Assembly: GCA_036172245.1 (NCBI GenBank)
Contig: JAYWIR010000041.1
Coordinates: 1,116,001 to 1,180,000 of the forward strand
Direction: 5' to 3'
Origin: Raillietiella orientalis
Lineage: Eukaryota
Length of the DNA: 64,000 nucleotides
Shown here: positions 41,501 through 54,000 of the stretch, one piece after another
Numbering within the stretch: the first letter of the stretch is position 1
Layout of the letters: the number at the start of each line of letters is the position of its first letter
The notes under the pieces: model-generated
What the model was told of the DNA's origin: nothing
Seen by the model: the letters and a program-made list of their open reading frames with translations, nothing else
Database searches by the model: none
Program-made: the position numbers and the translations under genes

Positions 41501-42362
41501 CGACGTGAGGGCGATTTCTAAGAGTGCAGGGCAGGATGCGAGGGTGGGTGAAACTGCCCCTTTCACATGTCTGCAACCCCACCCCACCCCCATTTCTAGC
41601 GTGGCTGCAAAACAATGACTTTCAATGAAATCAGTGAAAACGGAGAGCTGTGCCTCACTTGCTGCAAGTCAGCTACGCTCCGTGGTCTTCCGTCAGATGC
41701 ATTGTTGCTATGGTCACAGCGATCCTTTTTCAACGGAGCGTTGCTATACCACTGCAGCCTCTAGTAAACATGCAAGGTCGGCTGCTTTTTGACACGGGTG
41801 CACAAGGAGGAGGTCGAACGGAAAGGATATTACTTGTGGACAGCACAATATGACAGAAATTGCAAAGCACCTATTTTCGATCTCGGAGCAGGATTCTTTG
41901 TTTTCCTCTTTTCCGATCTATGGTTTCCTCCGGTCTATTTTAGATCCACGCTCCATATGATATCCACTGATTTCACCACTCGGAACAGTTGGAATTCATT
42001 GCGCTCCGCCTGCGCTCATGCGAAGACCGCTCTTCTCCATACGAAGCAGATCCTGGGCAACTGTTTCAAGACCCTGGGGATCCTCTCTTCTTTTTTGAGG
42101 CGTCTTTCGCTTCTGAAGGTTGCATCGGAGGCTCGTACTTGGCTAACGCGTTTCTCGTGGCCTTTCTTCAGCAGTCTTCTCCCGTTTCTGCCAAAACGAG
42201 ATGACGTATGGTTCCCTAAGTGACATGCATACAAAAAAGAAAGCGTTTCAGGAAAATGAGGCGGAAAACGTTCCGAAAAATTGATTACTGAAAGAGAGAA
42301 TCGAAAAATAAGACCTCGAGAAAACCCTGGAAGAATGACTGCGCACACCGGCGCGGATACCG

Positions 42363-42653
42363 CAGGCTGGACGACTTGAAACTGGTCCGCCTCAAGTCCG
42401 GCTTCGCGGCGTGACGTCAGAGCGCGTGATCAGCATGGCTCCCAACAATGCGAATCTAAAAATACGGAACGAGCGGCGCTCACGTCGAGCTTGGCTCTGC
42501 TTCGGACGAGGTGCGGTGGCGCTGGAGGAGTGCCGGTTTTAGAAGATCCGCCCTGTTTTTAGATTGCATTGTTGGGCGCTATGCGGTTACGCGCGTTGAC
42601 GTCACGCCTCGAAGCGGAACTCGGGGAATGACGATTTGAAGTCGTTCATTCTG
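42363..42653. mobile_element. MITE / foldback element with about 105-bp imperfect terminal inverted repeats
   Basis: Left arm caggctggacgacttgaaa...gcttcgcggcgtgacgtca...cccaacaatgcgaatctaaaaa aligns (roughly 70%) with the reverse complement of the right arm cagaatgaacgacttcaaa...gcttcgaggcgtgacgtca...cccaacaatgcaatctaaaaa. Termini CAG...CTG, right flank TA (Tc1/mariner/pogo-like), left flank CG. Confidence 0.85.
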
Positions 42654-43899
42654 TATTATTAAATGCTGCTATTCTCAAAGGCGATCGCTCGCGGTCGGAA
42701 AATCTCGATGGCGAAGCTTCCAGATGGTAGCTTTATGCGTTCACGTTGCCCTCCGATGTTCTCAGGCCAGGCAGCACCGGTTCTGCCATCCGTAGAGAGT
42801 AGCCCTTCAGATGAGATGCACGCCAGCAGACGTTTCTCCTGGAAAAGCAGCGAGCTAAACATTGCGGGCGATCGTCGACCTGTGCGGCGTCTTCGTCGCC
42901 GTTGGCAGAGGGTTGGTTAGCGACGCGAGGGGCATGCCGACTCCTCTCTGGATTCGTTGCCAGGTTGCTGCCTGCTGTTCGCTGCCATCTTCGAAACGAG
43001 AGAGGGAGTTTTACCGCGCGGGTTCACTTCCGCGGATTCGAACCTGCAGCTTTGCGAACCGGCAAGAACGAAAGCCTCAAAACATCAAAACATTTTCACC
43101 CAGCTCCCAGCCAAGCAGATCGGGAGCTCCTTCCTGGATTCGTCGTTGTTGTTGTTGTGACCCCTTTGGGAGAGCCGGCAGTGGCTTCGTTCCCGAGCGC
43201 TGGAGGTACTCGCGAAGCTTTGAGCCTGCTTCAGAGAGTGCTTTCCTGGACGGGATACCTGAAAAGGGATGGGCGGCTTGAGCGTGGCCGAAATTACAGG
43301 GGAGTGGAAGGGCTTGCTCGGGCCACCCAACTTCTCCGCTGGCGGTCTCCCGCGCACTCAGCCCTCTCGGAACGCCCACGAGGTGCGCTCCGACCGGACA
43401 GGGCGCACTCGCTAGTCTGGCAGCGAGACGGGGAAACGGATATACCTCCACCCCTACCTGACCCCCTCTGTCCGGTTGCTGCAGGCTGAGTCGGGCTTTC
43501 GAAAGTGTTTCCCGCTCCTTTTTCGGAGCAGGGGTGCGATGGGATCCAAAGATCACGGGAAGAATTCCGGCGGAAGAGCTGTTTTTCGGCTCACGAGACA
43601 CTAACCTGTCAGAAATCCAATTCTGTTCCCGGAGGTCACCTGAGCCCTGAGACGCCCTTTTCCCTCCTCCGCTCCCGGTTCTCTCCGAACTGCTTCCAGG
43701 TGGAGGTCAAGAAGCGAACCCTAACAACAGCGATAGAGCACGAGAGGCAACGATTTCCGTCTCCAGGGTGAGGGCGCAATGGGTTCTCACGCACTCAGGA
43801 TCAATTCAGAGGGTAGGGAGAACTAACTTGCCGACCAACAGCTGGAGGAAGAGATGTGACCGGTTTGACCCGGTTGACCTCCTTACGAACCAAGGATAC

Positions 43900-46700
43900 C
43901 GGGAAGCGAATCGCAGTCTGACCGTCGGCGGAAGTTCAACAGAGAGAGTGGGCTGCTTCTCGTTCCCTGACGTCCAGGCGAACAAGAAGGAACTGTCAGC
44001 ATGGGTAGGAAAGGCAACGGCTCGGATCCAAGAGGAGATCGGTGGAGTCTGGAAGAGCTTTCCTGCTCCTGAAAAATGAAATTTTCCCGGATTGAGACGG
44101 TAAGCGGAACGAGGCTCCTCCTGAACAGCAGGGTCCAAGGAGAGAGGAAACAGAACGCAAAGGTCACCACCATCGGCCTGAGGGAAAGGCCCCCTTTAGG
44201 TCTTTTAAAGCACTCCCGAAATCAGCAAGAAACTTCGTTTTCCGGCTCCGCCTCCACGAAGAGGAAGTTGCGAGCATCCGCCGAATTGTGCCTCCCTCTC
44301 CTCCGAGTCGTATTTATCAACACACGACTCCCTCAAGGGAAAGAAGAAAACAGCAGCAACTCTCTGGGGCGGAGGGAAACGGACCTCCTTTCTGTGACCC
44401 TCGTCGTTTCGCAACTCCCTCCCGACGGGAAGAGTCGGTTGCCGCCCGCACCAGGGGCACGCCGCAGATCACGCCATCGGAGCGTCTCCTCTCAGCTTCT
44501 CTCGTATGCAAAGTCCGCGACTTCTGCGCATCAGGGACACCCGGAAAAGCGCTCTCAGCGAGAGAGCTTTTCCAGGTCTCCCCGAAATCTTCGTCGCCGC
44601 ACCATCCACGTCCGCTTTCCGAAAGGTGAAAGCACAAAGACTGAACCGACCAGGGTTCCCGTTGACTTTGAGGTTAGGGGGATGTTGGGGGAGTAGCTCG
44701 TCGAGATGCTCCCTCACCCACGGGACCCATTCCAGGATTCTTCTCTTCCGGGACACCACCAGCTCCTGCATTGAAAGGTCCAATGGACTGAAGGAAGGCA
44801 AAAGCTGGACATATGCGACGAGCCTCTGCTCCTCCCCAAAAAAGGAATCGGAAGTGCAGCCTTTCAGATCCTCTTGCCCGGCAGAAGCTCTTCTTCCACG
44901 GGAAAGAGTTGAGTTCTCCGCACAGGATGGAGCACTATCATGCGACCTCTACGAGACCGCTATGGTAGCACGTGATTGCCGGCCATCGTCCACGGAGACG
45001 GTATCTGCGAGCACGAGATGGCGCCCTCGCACGCGAGGGTGGAGCCTGCGACGAGGTTCGCCGAAGTCTTCTTGGAAAGGCCTGCGGGAGGCCGTCCATG
45101 TGTTCGTGACGATGGATGCTCCAGGCTAGACGTCGACCGAGCCGGCGCTGGAAGTACCTCCGACAGAGCTGATGCTCGACCTCGCCTACTAGCAGAGAGG
45201 TCACTCTCATGAGCACAAGAGAAGAGCGGCACAAATCCTCACCGGAGAGGCGGATGCTACTGAAGATGTGTTTCCCACTTGATGGGAACTGCAGGATCCC
45301 ACCAGAGCGGACTGCGAACTGCAAGAGCTGGCTGCAGTTTCACTGCAGAACCACGTAACCGGACTAACAAAGAAATGGAAGGGCAAACCGTTAAGACTGC
45401 CGACATCTTTCGAATTTTTTATGAGCAAAAAAAACCACGCACGCGTACACGGAACAAGCTAGTGGGATGCACGCACAGCAGGAGCAACCAGATCTCCAGC
45501 ATGAATTTCTGTTACAGATGCTGGACAACTTAGCCAACTCTGATCAGCTGAAAGGAAAAAAGGGCCGAGCGCTGCTGGAGTGGTCTCTGGACCAATCAGG
45601 GAAACACGGTGGTGCTATTCGAATCCATAAATGCTGCGCACCTCAATCTCCTGTGTGTCAGAGCACCAGCTAGGAAACAGACGGAAGATCGATCTTGCCG
45701 TCGGCCCCAAGAGTGGGACGAAAGCACGCTGCTTCGCATCTTAAATCATTGCCAGCGGCACTTTCAGATGTGTCCCAGAAGGCAGAGAAGGCGGTGCGCG
45801 GGCGAAGGGAGAAACTGGCCTGCAACCAAGGAACACCCGGATTTCACCGTTAGCTCTGAAGAGTCCGACGCAACGCCGGAAGCGGCGGAGCTTGCAGCTG
45901 CTCTTTGGAAACGTCCAACCTTGACAACGAGGATTCGGGAGACCGTTGCATCCTTCGTTTTGTGTCCCGTTCCAGTCTGCTCCTCCGCTCTCTCAGAAGT
46001 GGGAGCAGATCCGAAAGTGACCTTCCCAGGACTCCCCAGAGCCTTCTGGAAGGCCCTGGGCAGCAGGTAGAGGATTTCTTCCAGCAGCTTCTCGTTGGCA
46101 GAAGGGGAGAGAGCGGGGATCACAGGTGAGGTGAGAGCTCCAGAAAGCACTCGGTGTGGGAAGGGTCACCCTTTCATAAGCAGAGCACCAGTTCTTCGCT
46201 TCCGCTCGAAGAGTTTCGAAGGGCCGTCTTGCCATCTTTGGGGCGGCCCGTTTCCTCCGCTTCTGTCGTCGCTGCCAAGTGGCGACATCTTCCTCAAAAC
46301 CTGCGCAGGGAAGACGGGAGATCTTGGCTGGCAGCCATAGGACACTGAGTCGTTGCAGCGACCTGAAATCGTCCTGGGAGAGGTCAGGTCGTCACACTAG
46401 AGGTGTGCTGCCTTCTCCAAACTATAGCGGCAGCGTGCCGGTAAAAGCATGAAAGAAAAGAAGAAAAATAGTGAAGCGTCCTCAGGAGGTCCACGCGCGC
46501 CTATCATTTCCTCATTGGGGCCTCAAGAGCCGCAATGAATAAGGATATTTCAAGAAGGTATGCGAACCATCTTGGTAAGATGATGGTGCCGTACAGCATC
46601 GAACACAGCTGGGACATTACTCGGCGCGTCGGCTTGGATATCCTCCGAGAGACCAGCGGAACATTCTCTAGTCTCGAGGAGAAGACCAACGACCTTTAGA
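43900..46700 (+). mobile_element. Decayed Gypsy-like LTR retrotransposon fragments (gag to integrase), possibly more than one element
   Basis: WKSF...RVQGE (retrotransposon gag-like), CYRC at 45510-45521, EG.PF-like RNase H motif near 46160, then EVH...HWG, MNKDISR and GKMMVPY...W...VGLDIL (integrase zinc finger and core entry, 46490-46645). No LTR pair found. Confidence 0.55.
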
Positions 46701-48179
46701 CCCGGCCAACTCTGGAACTGAAGCAAGTAATCCCACCGATGAGGAACGAAAGTCTGTGAGTTCGAACCCCGGCAGTGCCGTCCTCTCTCTCTCAACAAGG
46801 AACACTAGGTGCTCTTTTGAACACCAGGAAGGGATGAACAAGCAACAAGAAATCTGTGCCGGATTCGAGGTAGGCTGCATCGCCTCTACGCACGTGCTTT
46901 TGGACTGCGAGTTCCTCCCCAGTGGACGGTCGCACCCGGAGGACTCCCCTCAGCGGCTCGCGTCGCAGCAGCGGCAGCGTTGGAGGACGGCCAACAGCTT
47001 CACCTCGTCCGCGACACGGATGGTCTCACCTCCGCATCGTAGACTCCTCCCGAATCGCTTCCGGATTGCGGGGACGCTATAAAGAAGATAGAAGAATCCC
47101 TCCGTTCCTTTCGCTACCTCAATTCCCGGAGGCGATGACCATTTCGCACCCGGTGTTTTCTCAAATCGCGTGTACATAGTTATTTATTTTTCATCCTCCT
47201 CTGATCTCCTCAACCTCTCTCTTCCGCTCGTGTCTTGGCTACCGACCTGGGTGTCGGCGTCCCTTGGCTCGTGCCTCCAAGGCACGTGGACGCGCGTTTG
47301 TTCACTGTAAACGTCGCGGCGTGACCGGGTTGAAAACAACGAGGAAGCTGCGTGGGCAGAGGAAACTGTGGAAGTTGCGGAGTGTCCGTTCCGGGGAGCT
47401 GTGCATCTGGACCTCGGTCAGAAAAAGCTAGCGAGAGGGGGGGGGAGGGGGGAAGGCTCCCGAGACACACGGGAGAAGCTGACGGCCCATCCGACTGCGC
47501 ATTCAGAATCGTCGGATGACGACCGCAGAAGAAACGCACTCGCATCCGCTCAAGGGCGCGTCGGCCTCAAGTCTCAAGTGAGCTTCGAACTTGGGGTCCC
47601 CGCCCACTCTCGGGATGCGAGTCGCTCGCATCCGACGTCTCGAAAACCAGCAAAAAGGGCCGACGGCGTCGGTGGGTGCAGGGTACCAGGCTCGCGCGGA
47701 TGCCTTCGCCTGGCGGACTCGAACGTGATGACACGAGACGCACCCCTGTGGGGATGCCCCAGCCAGGGAGGGGGCTCGAAAGCGGCATTCTTCAGCTTCT
47801 CCTCCCCCCCATTTCCCAACGTGGGTCCGCTCTTCACGCTGGCTCGCTCCCCGGCGCCGCCGTTAATGAGATTTTCCGCGAGAGCGTGTCGCTGGAGTTC
47901 CCAGTGACGCAACGCGGAGATTGAAGGAAGAAGGCGCATTGATTGAAAGCGCACCTGGAGAGCAACGAGCCTCGGGGATGCCGGCCGGGACCCTTGACAG
48001 CACGTCAGCACGTGCATCGCCACCTCCTCTGGTGAATTCGGGCCAACTCTTCGAGCTTTCCGAGTCCCCGAGTCAATCAGTGAAAAGCCCAAGTCAATCA
48101 GCTAGGCGTTCCTGGGAGCCGGCGTTCGTGCGCGCGGAGGGTTAGCGAGTGGGGACCCTGATTATCACCCGGTACACCA

Positions 48180-51100
48180 GTGCATCATTTCATGCATAAA
48201 AAATAAACAATCATAGCCTCCGTGGCTGCACCGGCGGTCCAACCACGTGCAATTTAACGGGAGTCCGCCGGATTGCCGGTACGCAGACCGGTGAGGTCCG
48301 CTACGACAGCAGACCCCGGGAGGGGACAAACAAAAGGAAAAAAAAATGAACAAATTGCGGGGATGCAGGAAAAAGTCACTGTCTGCTGGAGGTGGTCCTC
48401 TCCATCCTCTGCTGGAAGCCGGCAAGATCTTGTTGGATAAGACTGTCCAAGTGGGTCATCTCATTGCCATCCTCATGAAGCGGATAGCAAAGTGGACGAG
48501 CATCCCCGCCGCTCGGGCATCCTCCTCTTGCGTCGCTTCATGCGGCGACGAAGCTGCGTAAACAGCAGAGGACTGTTGGCGTGGCTGCTGGCCGAAGAGC
48601 GTCGCGAACGAGGGGTTTCAGTGCATCTCTGGAGCTGCTGCTGGGGGTTCCTAGGGTCGCGGCGAAGCTTTCCCAGAGGGACCGCACCAGGGCAACACAA
48701 GCAGATGCAGGAGGGATTCACGCTCCCCCACCTGGCACAGTTTGGGCCCACACACACCCGCGTGTCCAGCGGGCGTTGCACGGGAGACCTCAGTGCAGCA
48801 GCAGCAGTGCCGACTCCTGCCAATTTAAAGGAGGGCTGTGTCTGTTCAGAAGCACTGGTGGCCACTTCAGGTCTTCCTCCGGAATTCCCAGTGGCTCGCC
48901 CCAAGCTGGGAACCCTGATATGCTTGAGGAAGCTCGAGTGGTCGGGGAACAACAGTCACGCGCTTGCGCGGCCTCTAACTGGACAGACAGGCCTCCTCGA
49001 GACGCGGCTTCGACGTCAGACGGTTTCATCCGCTGCCCTCGAACTCCCCGAGTAGCGGAGCCGTCTCTGAGTGAGGCCCACGCCCTGCGTGGATTTTTTT
49101 CGCCTGCGCCGAAATTTTGGCGGCGCCCTGCCTGGCTTGCAGAGTTGTCTGACGATGCGGCGCTGGTCCCCGCGTTGCGAGCTCGGCGCAAGCGTCGGCA
49201 CCAGGCAGTAAATTTGAGGTGCGGAGACCGCATCATCCGAATCGAAGGAAAGTCATGAAGTCCAGGAAGAGTATAGCAGATCCATGCCGCAGCGCCTTCC
49301 CTTGGTATGCCACCTGGTCACGCCGGCAATGTCCGCAACGGAATAAACATTTCGGGAAGCACAGAAACCAAAAAAGAAACAATGGGCAAATGCCAAATCG
49401 GCAGAATTGATAAAAAGAAAGACATCCGTGGCACCATGATCAATATGGCTGCAATCTAAGGAGCTCCCTTTGAGTGCCTTTGAGGCTCAGGAGATGCAGT
49501 CCGTGCAGTCATCAACAAGTCCATCAGAATGGTGGGTTTCTCTGCTGCTGCTGCATTGGCCATACGGCGATTGGTGGGGCAACAGTGCCGCCCAAGCAGC
49601 ATGGTAATAGCGACCGCAGTGCTCCCTCTATGCAAATTCGACTTAGCGCAGCTGGAACTACTGAAGAGGAGACCGCGAAAAACTTCTCCAAAGACTTGGC
49701 CCGGAGTTCTGCTCCAAGGAAGTCGCAGCGATTGCACCGGGGCATCAAACTCTCTTCGTGGGTACGTAAAATACGCTGCTGCTTCATTCGCACCGGATCA
49801 AAGCGGCACGCTGCGAATCAGAAGAGCAAAGGAAGGGTCTTGCCGAAGATGAGGAGGCAGCAAACAAACCACTGGTTGTTGTTTACCACAGGCGAGCATT
49901 GAGTTCACCATTGGCACAAAGTGGATAGACTAAACTCCACGGTGCTGATGAGGGACTGCGAAGCAGAAGCACAAGCAGTGGCGAATGCCTTCCCTTCGAA
50001 GCCGCTCTCATCGGTCCTTTGACTAACTCGCAAATGAGGCGTAATGTTGGACTCGCAGAGTGTGGCAGATTTGCAGCAGAAAGACTTTGCCTTCGTTGAT
50101 AGGGCTGGTGAGCCCTCGAATCCAAAACGCAAAAGTATGGAAAAATGCCAAAACGAACCAGGACAGTTGACTATTGGGAGAAGTACGTTCGCCGAGGACG
50201 CCCGGACTCCGAGGCCCGAAGAACGAAGATGAGCTCACGGGACAGCACCGCTCCAGTGAGCAGACACAGAAAACCCTCAAAGCCAAGGATAGCGTGAGCT
50301 CCAGCATGCAGCATATATGTACTGGGCTTGCGTTCTGTGCCTCTTGTCAAGAATGACGGACGGCCCACAATCGTCCACGAATCACTGCTTACCGTTTCGC
50401 TCATGCTGCTCCCATTATATTCATTCTTGCGCTTACAATGATGCGCCGGAGGACGTCAACCAATGACCAGGGGGCTATCCACCGTCCTCACTGCTGCCTG
50501 GATACCCTCTCCGTTCTCCTCACCGTACGAAGCCATCGCTCCCAAAGAGGATCGCTCCGCCTCGGCACGGAGGACACATGCGCGTGCTTCCGGCGGGTCT
50601 CCCTGCAGCAGCATGTGCTCCAGCTTACCACTTGCCCCCCGATGCGCTGCAGCCACCCCTCGGGCACCTCCACGTTCCACGAGACTCCGCCGTTCTCCGG
50701 AACTATAAGGGTCGGTCGTTCCGGCTCTGTCCTCCTCCAGGGCTGCCGCCGAAGATTCGTGGGGACAGGCGGAGCGCACGGCCATCGCCTTCCCGTCCCA
50801 TCCCAGGGAGCTCAGTTGGATCGTCGTCCGGATGGCGTTCCGGGAACGGCTCCCACTTTGCTTGAGGAGCTGTCACAAGTAAGGCTGCCTGCTGGTCGGA
50901 CTTCTCGCTCCCCATGCAGTGGTGGAGGATGCGGTCGAGGATCCTCCTCTCGTACAACGCTTCTGCCGCGCCTTCGGTGGGTGAGAACCCTGAGGCGGCG
51001 CTGTGAGGCCTTGGAAGATGGGCGAATGTGCTCAGCCACAGCACGATCGACAGCCGCGCAATCAGCAGACCCTGTGATGAGTTCGTGGATGAGCCGGCCA

Positions 51101-51600
51101 CGAAGAGCGGCAGAGGGGTGCTGGGAGACTCTGGAGTCCAGACGGATACCCCCGGGGTGCAAACAGCAACCTGCAATCTGACATAGCGCTGCAGCAGCCT
51201 CCGCCGGTCGCACTATAACCTCTCGAAAACAGCCTAGCGGATTCAGGGGAAAGGAAGGAGAAGAGGAAGGAGGTTGAGGACCAGGTGGGACTTGGCTCCG
51301 CGCGGTGGGACCACCGACTGGGTGGAACCCAGAAAGTGACAAGGTCGAATGGTAGCTCGGCACCCCACAGAGCCGATCCTAGTCCTGGCAAAAGGGGATG
51401 GTGAAAAACAGTTGCGTCTGGTACTCCCGGGAGACAAAACCGAAAAGACCAGTGACCCTGGATGGAGCACCCTGATGCTAGGACCAGGACAGCAAGGAAG
51501 GAGTAGTACGGAGGAAGGAAAAATGCCTTCCACCCCGGCATTCCTCCTGCACCCCTCACAGGGCTGACTAGAAAACACTCCTGGCCGGGTGAGCAGAGGT
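48180..51600 (-). mobile_element. L1/Tx1-like LINE copy A: dead and internally deleted, ORF1 through 3' UTR
   Basis: Minus-strand order: RVLHPG plus degenerate CCHC knuckles (51480-51340), Pro/Ser-rich linker, NIMG...KR.AV...QE endonuclease start (near 50420), AILFLDF/FD RT motif (49277-49240), ESALLLLH*GLPCNAR...PNC.R C-terminal zinc finger, and a 3' UTR shared with copies B and C. Confidence 0.8.
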
Positions 51601-53039
51601 GACACATACTGTAGACAATCTCTCCTCCTCCCTGAGGGCTATGCCACTAAACTTCAGGCAAAATCTCGATTGTTCTGTTTTGGGACCGCTCCAGCTCGGA
51701 TCTGTTTGGGAGCTGCTGTTTCAGGTGTCTGGACGCGGCTGCATAGACTAAGGTGTCACGTGCACGTCCCATTTTTCCACCTTCCGTCTCCATTAACCCG
51801 AGCCTCCCTGATCACCGTGGAAACTCGCAATGCAATCTGTCATCACTGCCGTCTTCAGAAATGCAAACTTGCCATCATTTACGGCTCTCACCATAGCCGC
51901 TGAATCAGACGCTCGCTCCTCTCGCCGAGCCAGCCTCGCCCAGGGAGCGAAACGGTGATCTTTCATCCTCGCCGCGATGGGGTCCCTGCTGTTGTCTCTG
52001 ATCCACTGCTTTGCAACGAAATTGCTGGTCTATGTCAGCGGCTAGGAGAAATCCGCTCGATGATGCCTCGAGCGTCTTCAGTGTTGAGAGAGCGACAAAA
52101 GGGTTTTTGTCCTGTCTCTCCTTGACTTCACTCTTCAGATCTTCAGCTCTCGAAAAACACACACATACAGACATCCGGCTGTCTGAGCGTCTCTTGTTCT
52201 GCTGCCCGTGGTTGGTTAACCAGCAGTTGACGAAATCTCAGGCAACCTCCATTTCAAGTCAAGCAGGGAAGCATCAAACTGTTCTTTGGCTTCTTTCATA
52301 AGATCGTAACAGAAGGAAGAAACTGTTCTTGACTGTTGCTGGCCTCTCCGAAACTCCCAGAAAGAAGAGGATTGTGCAATACCAATATCCGCAGCTTCTT
52401 GAAGGAGGAAGCTGGAAGTTTTTTTTTTTTGTGTGTGTAGCATTTCCCTCGGTCTTCGATGAGATCTTCATCTATCTCGAATGTTACAGAGACCCTCCTC
52501 ACGTCCTTTGAAGCATGTGACCTTTTCGTTCCTCCTCAAACAAAACAGCCACAGAGATCTCAATGATGTCGCATCTTTTCAGCTCAGCATGCAGCGGAGC
52601 ATCACTGAATTGGAGAGTGTTCGTCTGACCCTTTGGTATCTACGCGTAAAAATCATCACGATTCTTTCCTCGTCGTGGGGAGGATCATGTTCTTGGGCTC
52701 CCGTTTATCCGCTTCGCAAAGACGGCCCCACGATTCCTTGACGACCACATTCCGTCTTCCACTGCTTCACTTTTCGAATGGGAAATGCAGAGAGAGTTTT
52801 CACCGCACTGACAGGTTTGTCGGCCCGCGTGACATTCACAGAGGACTCCACACCTCTTCCGAAATGAGTCGCTTCGTAGACGGTGCAGAATCCTGAGACA
52901 CGCTGCGTCCGGTCCTGACGAAGAGGCTGCAATCACCTCCAGCGGATGACGATCTGGAGCGGTTGACGGAAACCGGGGCAGAACCGGTGGGGATTCCCAA
53001 AGCATCTGGGCAGTGGAAATGCGGCTACCCGGAAGAATT

Positions 53040-54000
53040 GAGCCGGTCTGGACATTTGATAGGGAAAGGTCACATCTGGTGGCTCCACGTTCCACAAGCT
53101 CCACCTCCAGCCTGTGCACGGTTACCCTGGATGGAGCACCCAGATGGTAAAACCAGGACAGCAAGGCGGGAGCAGCACGGAGGAAGCAAAAATGCCTTCC
53201 ACCCCGGCATTCCGCTTGTACCCCTTACCAGACTGGCTAGAGATCACACCTGTCCCGGTAAGCAGAGGAAAGCACAGTCATCTCGCATCGCAAATCACCG
53301 GGGCCAAGAGAAGGACGTCCTCCTCGGCTCAGCACACGGCTTCGGAGCATTTTCCGTACAGCGGCGGACACCTTCGGTTCGCAAATTCCGGGTTTCTTTG
53401 CGAAGCCCTGTTCGATCCCGTGCACTTGAAGGGACCAGCCAGTCAGCCACGCCGCTTTGCGTCCGTGCAGAAGGAGACGAAGAAAACCGCTGGCTGATGC
53501 CCGACTCAGCGGACGGCTCGACCACCAAGCCAGACCACACCAAGAAGCGAGAGTTGACAGCTGCGCTGCTCCGGGAACGGCACCAAACCACGCCTGATGC
53601 CCCAGAGAACTGCCAAGCTCGACCTATCGGACGCCGCGTCATTCTTGCAGCATTCAGCAACAGCGCCAGAAGGAGCATCACGGAAGGAGACGATCCTCCG
53701 CGTAGCCTTCAAAGAAGCACACGCTGCTGCAGGCGCCACCGTCTCAGCCTGCTGCTTGCTCTCCGGCGGACGACGACGAACCCACAGAATCGGACACTCC
53801 CGAGAAGATGGAACCAAGATTTCAACACCACCCATCCACCTCGGGGCATAGCCCGACGGACACGCCGCTGGCCGTCCGTGCAGAAGAAAACGCGGAGAAC
53901 TGCTGCCTGACGTCCGACTCGGCGCCCGAATACTCTCATCGAGATGAGCTGGTAGCGCGTCCCAAGCGAGTCCACGGCCAGCCATCGGCAACCGGCAGCC
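53040..54000 (-). mobile_element. Second ORF1 fragment of the same LINE family (copy D)
   Basis: 53124-53268 is about 80% identical to 51455-51599 (AGVEGIF.SSVLL.PCCPG..I.VLHPG). Extent beyond this match is inferred. Confidence 0.65.

Noticed and set aside
38191..41600. Many long overlapping ORFs of 200-320 aa (also at 52963-54541 and 57887-58775)
   Set aside because: Open in several frames on both strands, R/P/G/A-rich and without coherent domains. This is expected from GC-rich decayed transposon DNA.
46755..46775. B-box-like GAGTTCGAACCC (another on the minus strand near 43035-43046)
   Set aside because: No A box or tRNA stems at the proper distance.
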